Assembly: GCA_016198755.1 (NCBI GenBank)
Contig: JACQIB010000005.1
Coordinates: 1-64,000, forward strand
From: Candidatus Aenigmatarchaeota archaeon
Lineage (GTDB): Archaea; Aenigmatarchaeota; Aenigmatarchaeia; Aenigmatarchaeales; JACQIB01
Direction: 5' to 3'
Length of the DNA stretch: 64,000 nt
Below, in pieces: positions 24,702 to 34,012 of this stretch. Made by a program: the position numbers and the translations under genes. Below the pieces are notes generated by a model, which did not search any database, was not told the DNA's origin, and saw only the letters and a program-made list of their open reading frames with translations. Position 1 is the stretch's first letter; each line of letters starts with the position of its first letter.

Positions 24702-26074
24702 AGCTTTCTTAGCATTTTCTTTACATTTTTAGGTTCTGCCTTTCTGTCTGAAGCTTTCATTACTTTTCCAACAAGAAACTCCAGTGCTTTCCTGTTTCCT
24801 TTTCTCAGGATTTTTGCAGCGCTCTTTTCTTTCTTTATAACTTCTGAAATAATTTTCTTTAACTCCTTTTCAGATAAAGTTCTATTATCTTCTATAAGCT
24901 TTGTTAACTTTTCAGGCTTTAGAATTGCTTCCCTTAAAATAAGCTCACCTGCGCGCTCGCTTAACTCCCCTTTCTCAACAGCCACAATCAACTTCTCAAA
25001 CTGTTCAGGGCTGAGTTTTATTTCAGAAACTAAAATATCATTATAATTCAGGGTTTTTTTCAGTAGCAGCATCCAGCGCGGAGCGCTCTTTGATTTAAGT
25101 TTCTCAAAAAACAGTGCAAGCTGCAAATCTCCTGCAATTGATTTTGCAATTTCCCTCGGCACACCAGATTTAATAAACCGCGCTATCTTTTCCCTTGGAA
25201 GCTCTGGCAGGGTTTTAGATATTATTTTCATGGATTCTTTGGATATTGAAAACCTTGGTAAGTCTGGATCAAAAATATAGCCATAGTCCTCTTCAGTTTC
25301 CTTCTTCCTCATTGTCCTTGTAACTTTTGCCTGTGCATCCCATAGTCTTGTCTCCCTCTCAACCTTCTCCCCTCTTCTGACTAAATTGTTCTGCCTTACA
25401 ATCTCAAACTGCAGTGCTCTTTCAACTTCCCTATAGCCTGTAACGTTCTTTACTTCCACCCTCTCTCCTCCAGTTACAGAAATGTTTGCATCAGCTTTCA
25501 GGGAAAATAAAGGATGGAGAGCGCCAATATACCTTAGCACTGCTTCCAAATTTTGCAAAAACAAGCGGGCTTGTCTGGGTGTTTTGAAAACTGGATCAGT
25601 TACAATCTCGCATAAAGGCAAACCAGAGCGGTTATAGTCGAGCAAAGTATACTTTGCCTCTGTTATCGAACCTCCAACGTGCTCTATTTTCGCTGGATCC
25701 TCTTCTAGGTTTAACCTTGTTATAGAAACTGAAAAAGGCTTTCCAGATTCGTCAGCACTCTCCATTTTTCCTTTCGATGCAATGGGTATCTCATATTGGG
25801 TTATTTGATAATTCTTGCTCATGTCTGGGTAAAAATAGGTTTTTCTGGAAAAGAACATCTCTTTGGGCAGCTTGCACTGCAGTGATAAAGCTATTTTCAA
25901 ACCAACATTTATTGCACTGCTGTTTAGCACCGGCTTTGAGCCTGGCAGACCTAAACATGTTGGACAGACCCTGCTGTTTTCTACAGCTTCTGTTATGCCA
26001 ATAGTCGAACAGGAGCAAAACAGCTTTGTATGAGTATTCAGGTAAGCATGAACCTCTAACCCAATCTTAACCAT
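24698..26074 (-). CDS. gatB: Asp/Glu-tRNA amidotransferase subunit B
   Basis: KIGLEVH, TKLFCSC, RKTYFYPDMSKNYQITQ, RVEVKN. Confidence 0.95.
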   Translation of the reverse strand: MVKIGLEVHAYLNTHTKLFCSCSTIGITEAVENSRVCPTCLGLPGSKPVLNSSAINVGLKIALSLQCKLPKEMFFSRKTYFYPDMSKNYQITQYEIPIASKGKMESADESGKPFSVSITRLNLEEDPAKIEHVGGSITEAKYTLLDYNRSGLPLCEIVTDPVFKTPRQARLFLQNLEAVLRYIGALHPLFSLKADANISVTGGERVEVKNVTGYREVERALQFEIVRQNNLVRRGEKVERETRLWDAQAKVTRTMRKKETEEDYGYIFDPDLPRFSISKESMKIISKTLPELPREKIARFIKSGVPREIAKSIAGDLQLALFFEKLKSKSAPRWMLLLKKTLNYNDILVSEIKLSPEQFEKLIVAVEKGELSERAGELILREAILKPEKLTKLIEDNRTLSEKELKKIISEVIKKEKSAAKILRKGNRKALEFLVGKVMKASDRKAEPKNVKKMLRKL

Positions 26075-27371
26075 GTTTACCACCAAAAATTTTCTCAGCA
26101 AACCAGCCTGCAGATATTATTTTATTTTCAGCCAGATGATTGCCTATAAAATGCAGGCCTACAGGCATTCCTTCTGATTTTCCGCAGGGAACTGAAATCT
26201 GTGGCAAACCTGCTAAATTTGCCGGAACTGTTAGAACATCGCTTGTATAGTGCTGTAAGGGAGTTAAGGAAGCTATTTCTGAAAAGCGCGGAGCAATCAT
26301 GGGCATTGTTGGAGCTGCCAGAACATCCACGCTTTTCAAAACTCTTTTAAACTCAGCAATAACATTTGCACGCACTTTCAATGCTTTAAGATAGTAAGCT
26401 TCTCTATAGCCAGCCATGCGCGCGAAAGTTCCCATCAATATCCTTCTTTTAACTTCCTGACCAAAACCTTTTGTCCTGACAGAAGAAAAATATTCATTAA
26501 AACTGCGTCCTTCTGGATTTTCTGATAAACCATATCGCAGCCCGCAGTACTTTGCAAGGTTTGTGCTTGCCTCACACATTGCTATAATATAGTAGGAAAA
26601 GAGTGCGGATTTTGTAGAGGGAAGGGAAACTTCCCTATATTCTATACCTTCGGCTTCAAGCTTTTTTATAGCAACCCAAACTGCTTTCTCAACTCCTGTT
26701 TCAACACTTTCAAAATATTCTTTTGGAACCCCGATTTTCAAATCTTGTGGTATGCAGTGTTTTGCATATCCTCTGCGTTCTAATGGGAGGGAAGTTGAAT
26801 CCTTTGGATCATGCCCTGCAATAATTCCAAGAGCAAAAGCAGCATCCTCAACTGTTTTTGCAAGCAGCCCAATTTTGTCCAGACTGTTGCCATAATCTAT
26901 CAGCCCATACCTGCTTACCAGTCCATAGGTAGGAGTTAGTCCAACAACACCGCAAAAAGCTGCAGGACAGCTTATAGATCCCCCAGTGCTCTGGCCTAAA
27001 GCAAATTTTGCATGTTTGCTTGCAGCAATATAGGCTGCTGAACCACCCGAGCTTCCTCCGCAGCTGCGATCAGTATTCAAAGGGTTTTTTGGAACCTTGT
27101 AAGCGCAGTTTACAGAAAAAGTTCCAAAACCAAATTCATCCATTGCTGTTTTCCCAACAACAGCAGCCCCAACAGCCTTCAGCCTTTGCACAACGGTTGC
27201 ATCAAACGGAGGTATATAGTTATGCAGTATTTTTGAGCCAGCTGTTGTCCTTAACCCATCTGTGCAAATATTGTCCTTAACAGCCAAGGGAAACTTTCCC
27301 TCTGCTTTCTCAGCTAAAGTAATAAAAATGTTATATTTTTTATCCAGTTCCTGCGCTTCTTTTATCCACAT
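26067..27371 (-). CDS. gatA: Asp/Glu-tRNA amidotransferase subunit A
   Basis: AVKDNI, GGSSGGSAA and TGGSI amidase signature. Confidence 0.95.
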   Translation of the reverse strand: MWIKEAQELDKKYNIFITLAEKAEGKFPLAVKDNICTDGLRTTAGSKILHNYIPPFDATVVQRLKAVGAAVVGKTAMDEFGFGTFSVNCAYKVPKNPLNTDRSCGGSSGGSAAYIAASKHAKFALGQSTGGSISCPAAFCGVVGLTPTYGLVSRYGLIDYGNSLDKIGLLAKTVEDAAFALGIIAGHDPKDSTSLPLERRGYAKHCIPQDLKIGVPKEYFESVETGVEKAVWVAIKKLEAEGIEYREVSLPSTKSALFSYYIIAMCEASTNLAKYCGLRYGLSENPEGRSFNEYFSSVRTKGFGQEVKRRILMGTFARMAGYREAYYLKALKVRANVIAEFKRVLKSVDVLAAPTMPMIAPRFSEIASLTPLQHYTSDVLTVPANLAGLPQISVPCGKSEGMPVGLHFIGNHLAENKIISAGWFAEKIFGGKHG

Positions 27372-27659
27372 TTAAACCGCCCTCGGTCCTTTAATGAATT
27401 TTCCCTCTTTCTGTTCTGCATTCTGGAGAGCTTTATCTTCAGTCAGGCAATGCTCTGCAATATCTGCACGTACACTATCCCTGAGAACTATTGGATGGAA
27501 AGCAGGTTCTTTCCCGGCTTTCGCTTTCTTAAGCTCTTCAAAAGCTTCCATAATAGAAGATAATTCATGGGAAAATTTTTCCAGTTCTTCCTCTGTAAGA
27601 TTAAGCCTGGCAACCTTTGCAACGCGGCCAACTGTTTCTTTTGTTATCATAGCTACCAC
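27372..27659 (-). CDS. gatC: Asp/Glu-tRNA amidotransferase subunit C
   Basis: VAKVARLNLTEEE...FIKGPRAV; in an operon with gatA and gatB. Confidence 0.92.
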   Translation of the reverse strand: MVAMITKETVGRVAKVARLNLTEEELEKFSHELSSIMEAFEELKKAKAGKEPAFHPIVLRDSVRADIAEHCLTEDKALQNAEQKEGKFIKGPRAV

Positions 27660-27694
27660 TGGAAATTTGATCTGCCAGAATAAAAAGTACTGGC

Positions 27695-28066
27695 TTAAGA
27701 TATATTGCCGTTCTTTAGGAAGCTTAGAAGCCTTTTTGAAAAGTCTGCTCTGCTCAAAACCAAATCACAGCCTACGCGCTGCGCATCATCAATTAAGCTC
27801 TGTTGGGTATGCTGCAAATAACCCACAATCTGTATTCCCCTAGTAGCAGGATTCAGTTTAAGCTTGCGTATTGTTTCTATAGGATAGTGGGCTCCTGAGT
27901 TTAAATCTAAAATAATAAGTGTTGGGGGCTCTGCTCCGTTTATAACAAGCTCCAGCTCTGCGCGCTTTGTAGAGTAAACTGTTGGAAGCTGCAGCGCAGT
28001 GGAAACCTCCTCTATACGGGATCTGAAAAATAAATCCTCTGATGCAAATAAAACCTTCCCTGCCAT
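27695..28066 (-). CDS. Stand-alone response-regulator receiver-like domain
   Basis: SEDLFF, PTLIILDLN, IQIVGY, GCDLVLSR. Confidence 0.7.
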   Translation of the reverse strand: MAGKVLFASEDLFFRSRIEEVSTALQLPTVYSTKRAELELVINGAEPPTLIILDLNSGAHYPIETIRKLKLNPATRGIQIVGYLQHTQQSLIDDAQRVGCDLVLSRADFSKRLLSFLKNGNIS

Positions 28067-28218
28067 GGGAAAATGTCTGCCTTTCCTAGGATTTAAACGT
28101 TTCTGATGCCCTGTAAATTTTAGAAAATATTATATTTTAGAGAAAAATTTCCTAAAAAAGTTTTATATGTGTGCAATGTGTATTATTTATCAATAAAATT
28201 GATAGATGTGATTAAAAA

Positions 28219-29517
28219 GTGAATGCAGGAAATGTATTTGGTAAGAAAAAGTTTCTTTTTGTCTCTTGGGAAAGCCTTAGCGGAGATGTTGCATGGCAGC
28301 TGAAAAAAGAAGGACATGAAGTTAAGTGCTATATTAAGGCAGAGGAAGATAAAGATGTTTATGATGGATTTTTGGAAAAAGTGGATGACTGGAAGAAATG
28401 GGTGGACTGGGCTGATTGTATATTTTTTGATGATATATGGTTTGGGAAGGAGGCAGAAGAATTAAGAAAGAGGGGGAAGCTTGTTTTTGGCGGCTCTGTT
28501 TATACTGATAAGCTGGAGGATGACAGGGAGTTTGGACAACAGGAGATGCAGTCCGTTGGGATAAACACGCTGCCGCGCTGGAAATTTACTAATTTTGACG
28601 AGGCAATTGAATTTATAAAGAAAAATCCTGACAGATATGTTTTCAAGCCTGCTGGTAGGGCGCAGAATGAGAAAGAACTGCTTTTTGTAGGGAATGAGGA
28701 TGATGGGAGCGATGTAGTAGGTATTTTTGAGAGGAGTAAAAAAGCATGGTCAAATAAAATAAAGACTTTCCAGTTGCAGAAGTTTGCCTCTGGGGTGGAA
28801 GTTGCTGTCGGAGCTTTTTTCAACGGGAAAGAATTTATCTATCCTATAAACATAAACTTCGAGCACAAGAGGATGTTTCCTGGGGATTTGGGCCCGCAAA
28901 CCGGAGAAATGGGTACCTTAATGTATTTTTCTGAACCTAATGCCTTGTTCGATATGACACTGCAGAGGATGAAACCAAAACTTGCAAAATCCGGATATGT
29001 TGGATATGTGGATATAAACTGTATTGCAAATGCAAAAGGCATTTACCCGCTTGAATTTACATGCAGGACAGGATACCCCCACATAAGCATAGCAATGGAG
29101 GGTATATCCATGCCTATTGGAGAACTGATTTTCAGGCTTGCGAGCGGAGAAAACTTTGATTTAAAAACCAAAAAAGGGTTCCAAGTTGGGGTTGTGCTGG
29201 CTGTACCACCCTTCCCTTTTGATGACCAGAAAGTTTTTGCCATGTATAAAGACTCTACAATTTATTTCAAGAAACCCAATTTTGATGGTGTACATTTGGG
29301 AGATGTGAAAACAGAAGATGGGGACTGGAAAGTTGCTGGAGCTTCCGGATATGTTTTGGTTATAACCGGCTCTGGAACAACTGTAGAGGAAGCCAGAAAA
29401 CAGGCTTACTCAAGGGTTCAAAATATTTTCATGCCAAACATGTTCTATCGCACAGATATCGGTACAAAATGGTATGGAGAATCTGACAAGCTCCAAACAT
29501 GGGGATACATGTACTAA
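28219..29517 (+). CDS. purD: Phosphoribosylamine--glycine ligase-like ATP-grasp protein
   Basis: LEDDREFG, NFEHKRMFPGDLGPQTGEMG, LEFTCRTGYP, FYRTDIG. Confidence 0.8.
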   Translation: MNAGNVFGKKKFLFVSWESLSGDVAWQLKKEGHEVKCYIKAEEDKDVYDGFLEKVDDWKKWVDWADCIFFDDIWFGKEAEELRKRGKLVFGGSVYTDKLEDDREFGQQEMQSVGINTLPRWKFTNFDEAIEFIKKNPDRYVFKPAGRAQNEKELLFVGNEDDGSDVVGIFERSKKAWSNKIKTFQLQKFASGVEVAVGAFFNGKEFIYPININFEHKRMFPGDLGPQTGEMGTLMYFSEPNALFDMTLQRMKPKLAKSGYVGYVDINCIANAKGIYPLEFTCRTGYPHISIAMEGISMPIGELIFRLASGENFDLKTKKGFQVGVVLAVPPFPFDDQKVFAMYKDSTIYFKKPNFDGVHLGDVKTEDGDWKVAGASGYVLVITGSGTTVEEARKQAYSRVQNIFMPNMFYRTDIGTKWYGESDKLQTWGYMY

Positions 29518-29547
29518 TTTATAAACTAGGAAAGGAAGTTTTGATTT

Positions 29548-30246
29548 ATGCACTTGAGCGTTGCTGTAGTTGGGAAGAACAGAAATATACTTTCTGCTGC
29601 AGAAATGGGAAAATATGGGTTGAAACTAAGCAAAAAGCCAAAGTACGTTATTGCAATTGGAGGGGATGGGAGCCTGCTATACTCTGAAAGGGCTTTTCCA
29701 AGCCTACCTAAATTTTTTATAAATCATAAATGTGCAGGCTGCAAAAAACATGATTTTTCTTCTCTGTTGAAAAAGCTGAGAAAAGGAGTATATAAGAAAA
29801 CTGAAATTTTAAAGCTGGAAACTACAGTAAAGAGAAGAAAGCTGCGTGGGATAAACGAAATTGCTGTGCATTTCGAACCCCCGAGTGCACTGAGGTTTGA
29901 GGTTTTTATAAACAGTAAAAGTGTGGGAAAAGCTGTCGGGGATGGGGTTGTTGTTTCAACCCCTTTAGGTTCAAATGCCTATTTTCATTCTATAACAAGG
30001 AAGAGCTTTTCCAGCGGAATTGGTATTGCTTTCAACAATTCAATTGAAAAAATAAAGCCAAAAACTGTTTCAGAGCAATCAAAAATAGAAATAAGGATAA
30101 CTCGCGGGATAGGGAGAGTTTTCGCAGATAATAACCCAAACCCAATTTGGGTGAGCAAGGGGGACAGGATTGTTGTAAAAAAGAGCTCTCCAGCCTTTCT
30201 TTTAACAGAAGGGAAAAGGCATGTTTTTTCTCCAAAGGTTTATTAA
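29548..30246 (+). CDS. nadK: NAD(+) kinase
   Basis: IGGDGSLL, INE, GDGVVVSTPLGSNAY. Confidence 0.88.
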   Translation: MHLSVAVVGKNRNILSAAEMGKYGLKLSKKPKYVIAIGGDGSLLYSERAFPSLPKFFINHKCAGCKKHDFSSLLKKLRKGVYKKTEILKLETTVKRRKLRGINEIAVHFEPPSALRFEVFINSKSVGKAVGDGVVVSTPLGSNAYFHSITRKSFSSGIGIAFNNSIEKIKPKTVSEQSKIEIRITRGIGRVFADNNPNPIWVSKGDRIVVKKSSPAFLLTEGKRHVFSPKVY

Positions 30247-30253
30247 GTAATCC

Positions 30254-31438
30254 ATGGAAAGATTTGATATGAAGTTTGTTATTTTTCATGGGGCTTATGG
30301 AAGCCCTGAAGGGAATTGGTTCCCTGAACTGAAGGAGAGTTTAGAAAATCTGGGACAAACTGTTATTGTACCTGAGTTCCCTGTGGAAGACTGGAATAAA
30401 GTAATAGAAGCTGGGAAGGGATTCAAGACCAAGAAACAATCTTTGAAAGCATGGCTAAAAATTTTTGAGAAGACAATGAAAGTGTTCAAAAAAGGGGAGA
30501 AACTATGTTTTGTTGGGCATTCTCTGAGTCCAGTGTTTATTTTGCATATAGTAGAGAAATATAAAATAAAGCTGGATTGCGCAATATTTGTCTCCCCGTT
30601 CATGAGAGATATAGGAGACTGGAGATTTGATATTGTAAATAAAACCTTCTATAAAACAAACTTTGACTGGGAAGAAATAAGGAAATATATACCTGTTTCC
30701 TATGTGCTATATTCTGACAATGATCCTTATGTGGATAAGAAATATCCGCTTGAGTTTGCTGAAAAAATGGGAAGTTCTCTTGTTTTTGTAAAAAGAGCCG
30801 GCCATATGAACAGGGAGGTAAATCTGAATGAGTTCCCATTGGTTTTGGAGCTCTGCAAAACAAGGATTGATCTCTCATTATACCAGAAGTTTTTAGCACA
30901 TAGAAGAGAGCTCTTTGCAGTGCCCTATGTAAAGGGTAAGACAGAGGAAGTTGTATACCTGAAACCGCATGAGGTTTTTGCAGAGGGAATTTTCCATTTC
31001 AGAAACCTGAAAAACGAGGGGTTTGCAACCTTCTATACTGCCCTAAGGTTCTGGGATACACAATCCGTGTACATGGAAGAATCTAGGAAAGCCGCCCAGA
31101 GAATGGGTAACTTTACAAGAGTGTTTATAATAGACAAAACCAGCGATTTGAAGAGGAAGAACCTGCTGGAGCAGATAAAGCTGGACATAGAAGCCGGTGT
31201 AAAGGTTTACTTGTGTACGCTAAAGGATGTGAAAAATAAGATAACAGAATTAGATTTTGGTATTTGGGACAATGATTACCTCTGCACAGTGCATTTTAAC
31301 AAGAAAAAGGCTGTGAACGAAGTTAAGGTTAGTAGCAGAAGAGTGGATTTGAAAGCTGGAAACAGGTGGAAAGATACTATATTGAAGCAATCCATACGCA
31401 TTTACAAAATACGAGATGTGGAGAAATTTGCAGGGTAA
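30254..31438 (+). CDS. RBBP9/YdeN alpha/beta hydrolase fused to an unknown C-terminal domain
   Basis: IFHGAYGSPEGNWFP, VGHSLS, SDNDPYV, AGHMN; extra domain of about 190 aa containing DFGIWD. Confidence 0.8.
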   Translation: MERFDMKFVIFHGAYGSPEGNWFPELKESLENLGQTVIVPEFPVEDWNKVIEAGKGFKTKKQSLKAWLKIFEKTMKVFKKGEKLCFVGHSLSPVFILHIVEKYKIKLDCAIFVSPFMRDIGDWRFDIVNKTFYKTNFDWEEIRKYIPVSYVLYSDNDPYVDKKYPLEFAEKMGSSLVFVKRAGHMNREVNLNEFPLVLELCKTRIDLSLYQKFLAHRRELFAVPYVKGKTEEVVYLKPHEVFAEGIFHFRNLKNEGFATFYTALRFWDTQSVYMEESRKAAQRMGNFTRVFIIDKTSDLKRKNLLEQIKLDIEAGVKVYLCTLKDVKNKITELDFGIWDNDYLCTVHFNKKKAVNEVKVSSRRVDLKAGNRWKDTILKQSIRIYKIRDVEKFAG

Positions 31439-31457
31439 AACGAGAGGGGATAGGGCT

Positions 31458-31478
31458 GTAGGGGGAAACATCCCCCTG
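31458..31478. repeat. GC-rich intergenic hairpin matching a hairpin in tRNA-Glu intron 1
   Basis: GTAGGGGGAAACATCCCCCTG vs GTAGGGGGAAACTTCCCCCTG (17779-17799), 20/21 identical. Confidence 0.6.
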
Positions 31479-31514
31479 AGCAGGCTTTAAAAGCTTTTCT
31501 ATTCAAGACAAAGT

Positions 31515-32033
31515 ATGGTTGAGATAATATTTCAGGCTGCTGCGCTTGCAAGCTTTCTTGCAGGTATTCTTATAGCAGAAGCTGTGACTTATAGGGTTTT
31601 CGGGAGGCCAAAACCCACTGTTGTAATACTGGATATTGTGCTGTTCGTTGTAATTGTAACAATAGTATCAAACCTGTTTTCCTTTTCAGAGCTCTCATGG
31701 TTTGTCTATGTAGTTAACTTCCTGATTGGATTGTTTACTATCCTTATTACAAGGACAATAGAGGGAGCGCTGGGGCTGACTGAGACTACTGTTGCAAGGG
31801 ATAAGCTGCTTGTGAATGTTGTAAAGGCTTTGAGTAGAGCTGGACTGTCAGAGGAGGAGATTGAAGATATATTGAAAAGGTCAGGCTTCTCGCCGAAAGC
31901 TGTTGAACGTTTTCAAGAGCTATTGCAAAGCTCTGCACCTCCGCTTTTGGGAAAACTTGCGAAAATTTCCGAGGATTTAGAGGAAATTAAGAAAGAATTG
32001 AAAAATCTGGGAAAAAAGAAAAGACGCCTTTAA
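31515..32033 (+). CDS. Membrane protein (about 3 TM) with cytoplasmic helical tail
   Basis: Hydrophobic N-terminal half, then AGLSEEEIEDIL and a coiled coil. Confidence 0.7.
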   Translation: MVEIIFQAAALASFLAGILIAEAVTYRVFGRPKPTVVILDIVLFVVIVTIVSNLFSFSELSWFVYVVNFLIGLFTILITRTIEGALGLTETTVARDKLLVNVVKALSRAGLSEEEIEDILKRSGFSPKAVERFQELLQSSAPPLLGKLAKISEDLEEIKKELKNLGKKKRRL

Positions 32034-32059
32034 ACCTTTCTAAAACCCTTTAGTTTTAT

Positions 32060-32575
32060 GTGCTGGGAAAGACACATGCCCTAGTGGCTGTGCTCCTGAC
32101 AGCTGTTTTGGGTTTTGGGATTATAGAAGCTGGAATAGCAGCAATTTTCAGCCTTCTGCCTGATGCTGATTTGCCCTACTCCTATGCTGGAAAGGTTTTC
32201 CCCTTCTCCTTGGCTGTTAACAGAAAATATGGGCACAGAACTGTTACACACAGCCTGCTTTCTCTGGGCTGTGTATCTGCAGTTGCGTTTTTTCTATATT
32301 TTCTGGGTATAGTTGGGTTAAACTTTGCAAAAGCAGCTATACTCGGTTATAGTTCTCATTTAGTTTTGGATCTGCTAAACCCTACTGGTATCCCATTGTT
32401 ATGGCCAAAGGATTTGTGGTTTATTCTGCTTGGGGGAAGGATTGTAGTTGGGGAATTGACAGAACAGGCTGTTTTCTGGATTTTGTTAGTGCTTTCTGCC
32501 GGCTATTTTGGAATAGAATGTTTTGGATTTACAAACTTTGGTTTTGGGGGTGGGTTGATTGGTTTTTGTAGGTAG
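32060..32575 (+). CDS. YdjM-like membrane metal-dependent hydrolase
   Basis: GKTH, SLLPDAD, GHRTVTHSL, SHLVLDLLNPTGIPLLWP. Confidence 0.9.
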   Translation: MLGKTHALVAVLLTAVLGFGIIEAGIAAIFSLLPDADLPYSYAGKVFPFSLAVNRKYGHRTVTHSLLSLGCVSAVAFFLYFLGIVGLNFAKAAILGYSSHLVLDLLNPTGIPLLWPKDLWFILLGGRIVVGELTEQAVFWILLVLSAGYFGIECFGFTNFGFGGGLIGFCR

Positions 32576-33329
32576 GAGGGTGGAAATTGGGAGAATAAAG
32601 GCTGCTCTGAAAGAAGGAAGGAATTGTATAGTTATTGGACGGTCTGGAGTTGGGAAAACTGCTTTAATTAGGTTTTTCTCTAAAGGTGGAGTGTACATGA
32701 GGAGCCCGCGCTCTCCAAGGCTTTTGCTGCAGAGGCTCTGCTCTGTTTTGGATATGAAAAGCGGGAGGGGAAGCAGCGAGGAGCTGTTAGAAGCTGTTTT
32801 AGAAGCAAAAACAAAGGGAACATTGAAAATTGTTTTGGATAACTTTTCCTCCTGCCCAAAGGCTATGGTTGATGTGCTCAGGGAACTTTCCCAGTTAAAC
32901 TGGATCTGGATTTTAGCTGCTGCAGAAAGAAAGCCTAAGGGAAGGGTAAACTGGATTTTTAAAGAAAGGATTTTTATTAATCCACTCGGGAGAGAAGAGA
33001 GCAAAAAACTGGCTGAAAAGCTTTTGGGAAAGAAGGTTCCTGCTGAGCAACTGTACAACAGAACACATGGTTACCCTGCTGCTGTTCTGGATGCTGTGGA
33101 AGAAATGAGAAAGAAGGGGGTACAGAAGGGGTTAGATAGATTGAAACCACATCCTGTAACAAGGCAGGGGAGGATTGACTTACTTCCTCCGGAATATCTG
33201 ACTGTTATTGCTTATTTTCTTTTATTTGTCAGGTATGTGGCTTTAGGAGAAGGAAGCGATGCTTTATTTATTACTGCAGGAGCTTTAGGTTTTCTCACTC
33301 TTGCCTTTAGCAAACTTGGGAAGCGCTAA
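32559..33329 (+). CDS. AAA/P-loop ATPase with two C-terminal TM helices
   Basis: FVGRRVE, GRSGVGKT, IVLDN, THGYP; hydrophobic C-terminus. Confidence 0.8.
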   Translation: MVFVGRRVEIGRIKAALKEGRNCIVIGRSGVGKTALIRFFSKGGVYMRSPRSPRLLLQRLCSVLDMKSGRGSSEELLEAVLEAKTKGTLKIVLDNFSSCPKAMVDVLRELSQLNWIWILAAAERKPKGRVNWIFKERIFINPLGREESKKLAEKLLGKKVPAEQLYNRTHGYPAAVLDAVEEMRKKGVQKGLDRLKPHPVTRQGRIDLLPPEYLTVIAYFLLFVRYVALGEGSDALFITAGALGFLTLAFSKLGKR

Positions 33330-33353
33330 ACCAGTAAAAATGCAATATCACTG

Positions 33354-33635
33354 TTATATGCCGTAAGTTGGGTCATGTTTTCCATATGTAACAACATTTA
33401 TCCTATGGAATTCCTCATCAACAGAATAAATGAGTATAAAATGGGAATCTATATGTACGCTGTAATATCCCTTCCAGCGACCGACTAGCGGTTCCCCGTG
33501 AGCATATGGGTTCTGCCTGACTTTTTCCAGTTTTTTATCTATTATCCTTCGTTGATGGGGGTTTTTCCTGAAGCGCTTCTTCAAATCCTTTTCTATATCC
33601 TTCTCATAAAGAATAGAATAATCCTGGTTTTCCAA
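33354..33635 (-). CDS. RelE/ParE family toxin
   Basis: EKDLKK...NPYAHGEPLVG...YSVHIDSHFILIYSVD...GKHD. Confidence 0.85.
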   Translation of the reverse strand: MENQDYSILYEKDIEKDLKKRFRKNPHQRRIIDKKLEKVRQNPYAHGEPLVGRWKGYYSVHIDSHFILIYSVDEEFHRINVVTYGKHDPTYGI

Positions 33636-33758
33636 CGTGTGCTCAGCCAGTTTATCACCAACTGTAATAACAATGGATTTTAAACTTGCTTAAAGGCGTC
33701 GCTTTTACAAAGGTTTTTTCCAAATAAATCCGCAGGAACGCCCAAATACAGAATTAAT

Positions 33759-33944
33759 CTAGCGGGTGCGGGATACCCTAGGTGAAGACCTAAGTATGTG
33801 ATCTATCATCTCTCTTGCTGTTCTAAATGGTCCTACATAGGTACCCTTCTGTTCGGCACGCTCTAAACGCTTTACAGTACCAGAATCAAAAGGCCCATGA
33901 CTATCTCCAACATAATCCCCTCCCCGATTCCCGTATCCTTCCAT
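33759..33944 (-). CDS. Small protein, candidate antitoxin for the RelE-type toxin
   Basis: 61 aa upstream of the toxin; GPFRTAREMIDHI resembles antitoxin C-termini. Confidence 0.45.
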   Translation of the reverse strand: MEGYGNRGGDYVGDSHGPFDSGTVKRLERAEQKGTYVGPFRTAREMIDHILRSSPRVSRTR

Positions 33945-34012
33945 GCCACTTATCTGCAGGGCATATAATATAAAGGTTTACTCTACTCCTACGGCAGCAG
34001 CAAGACAACTGC

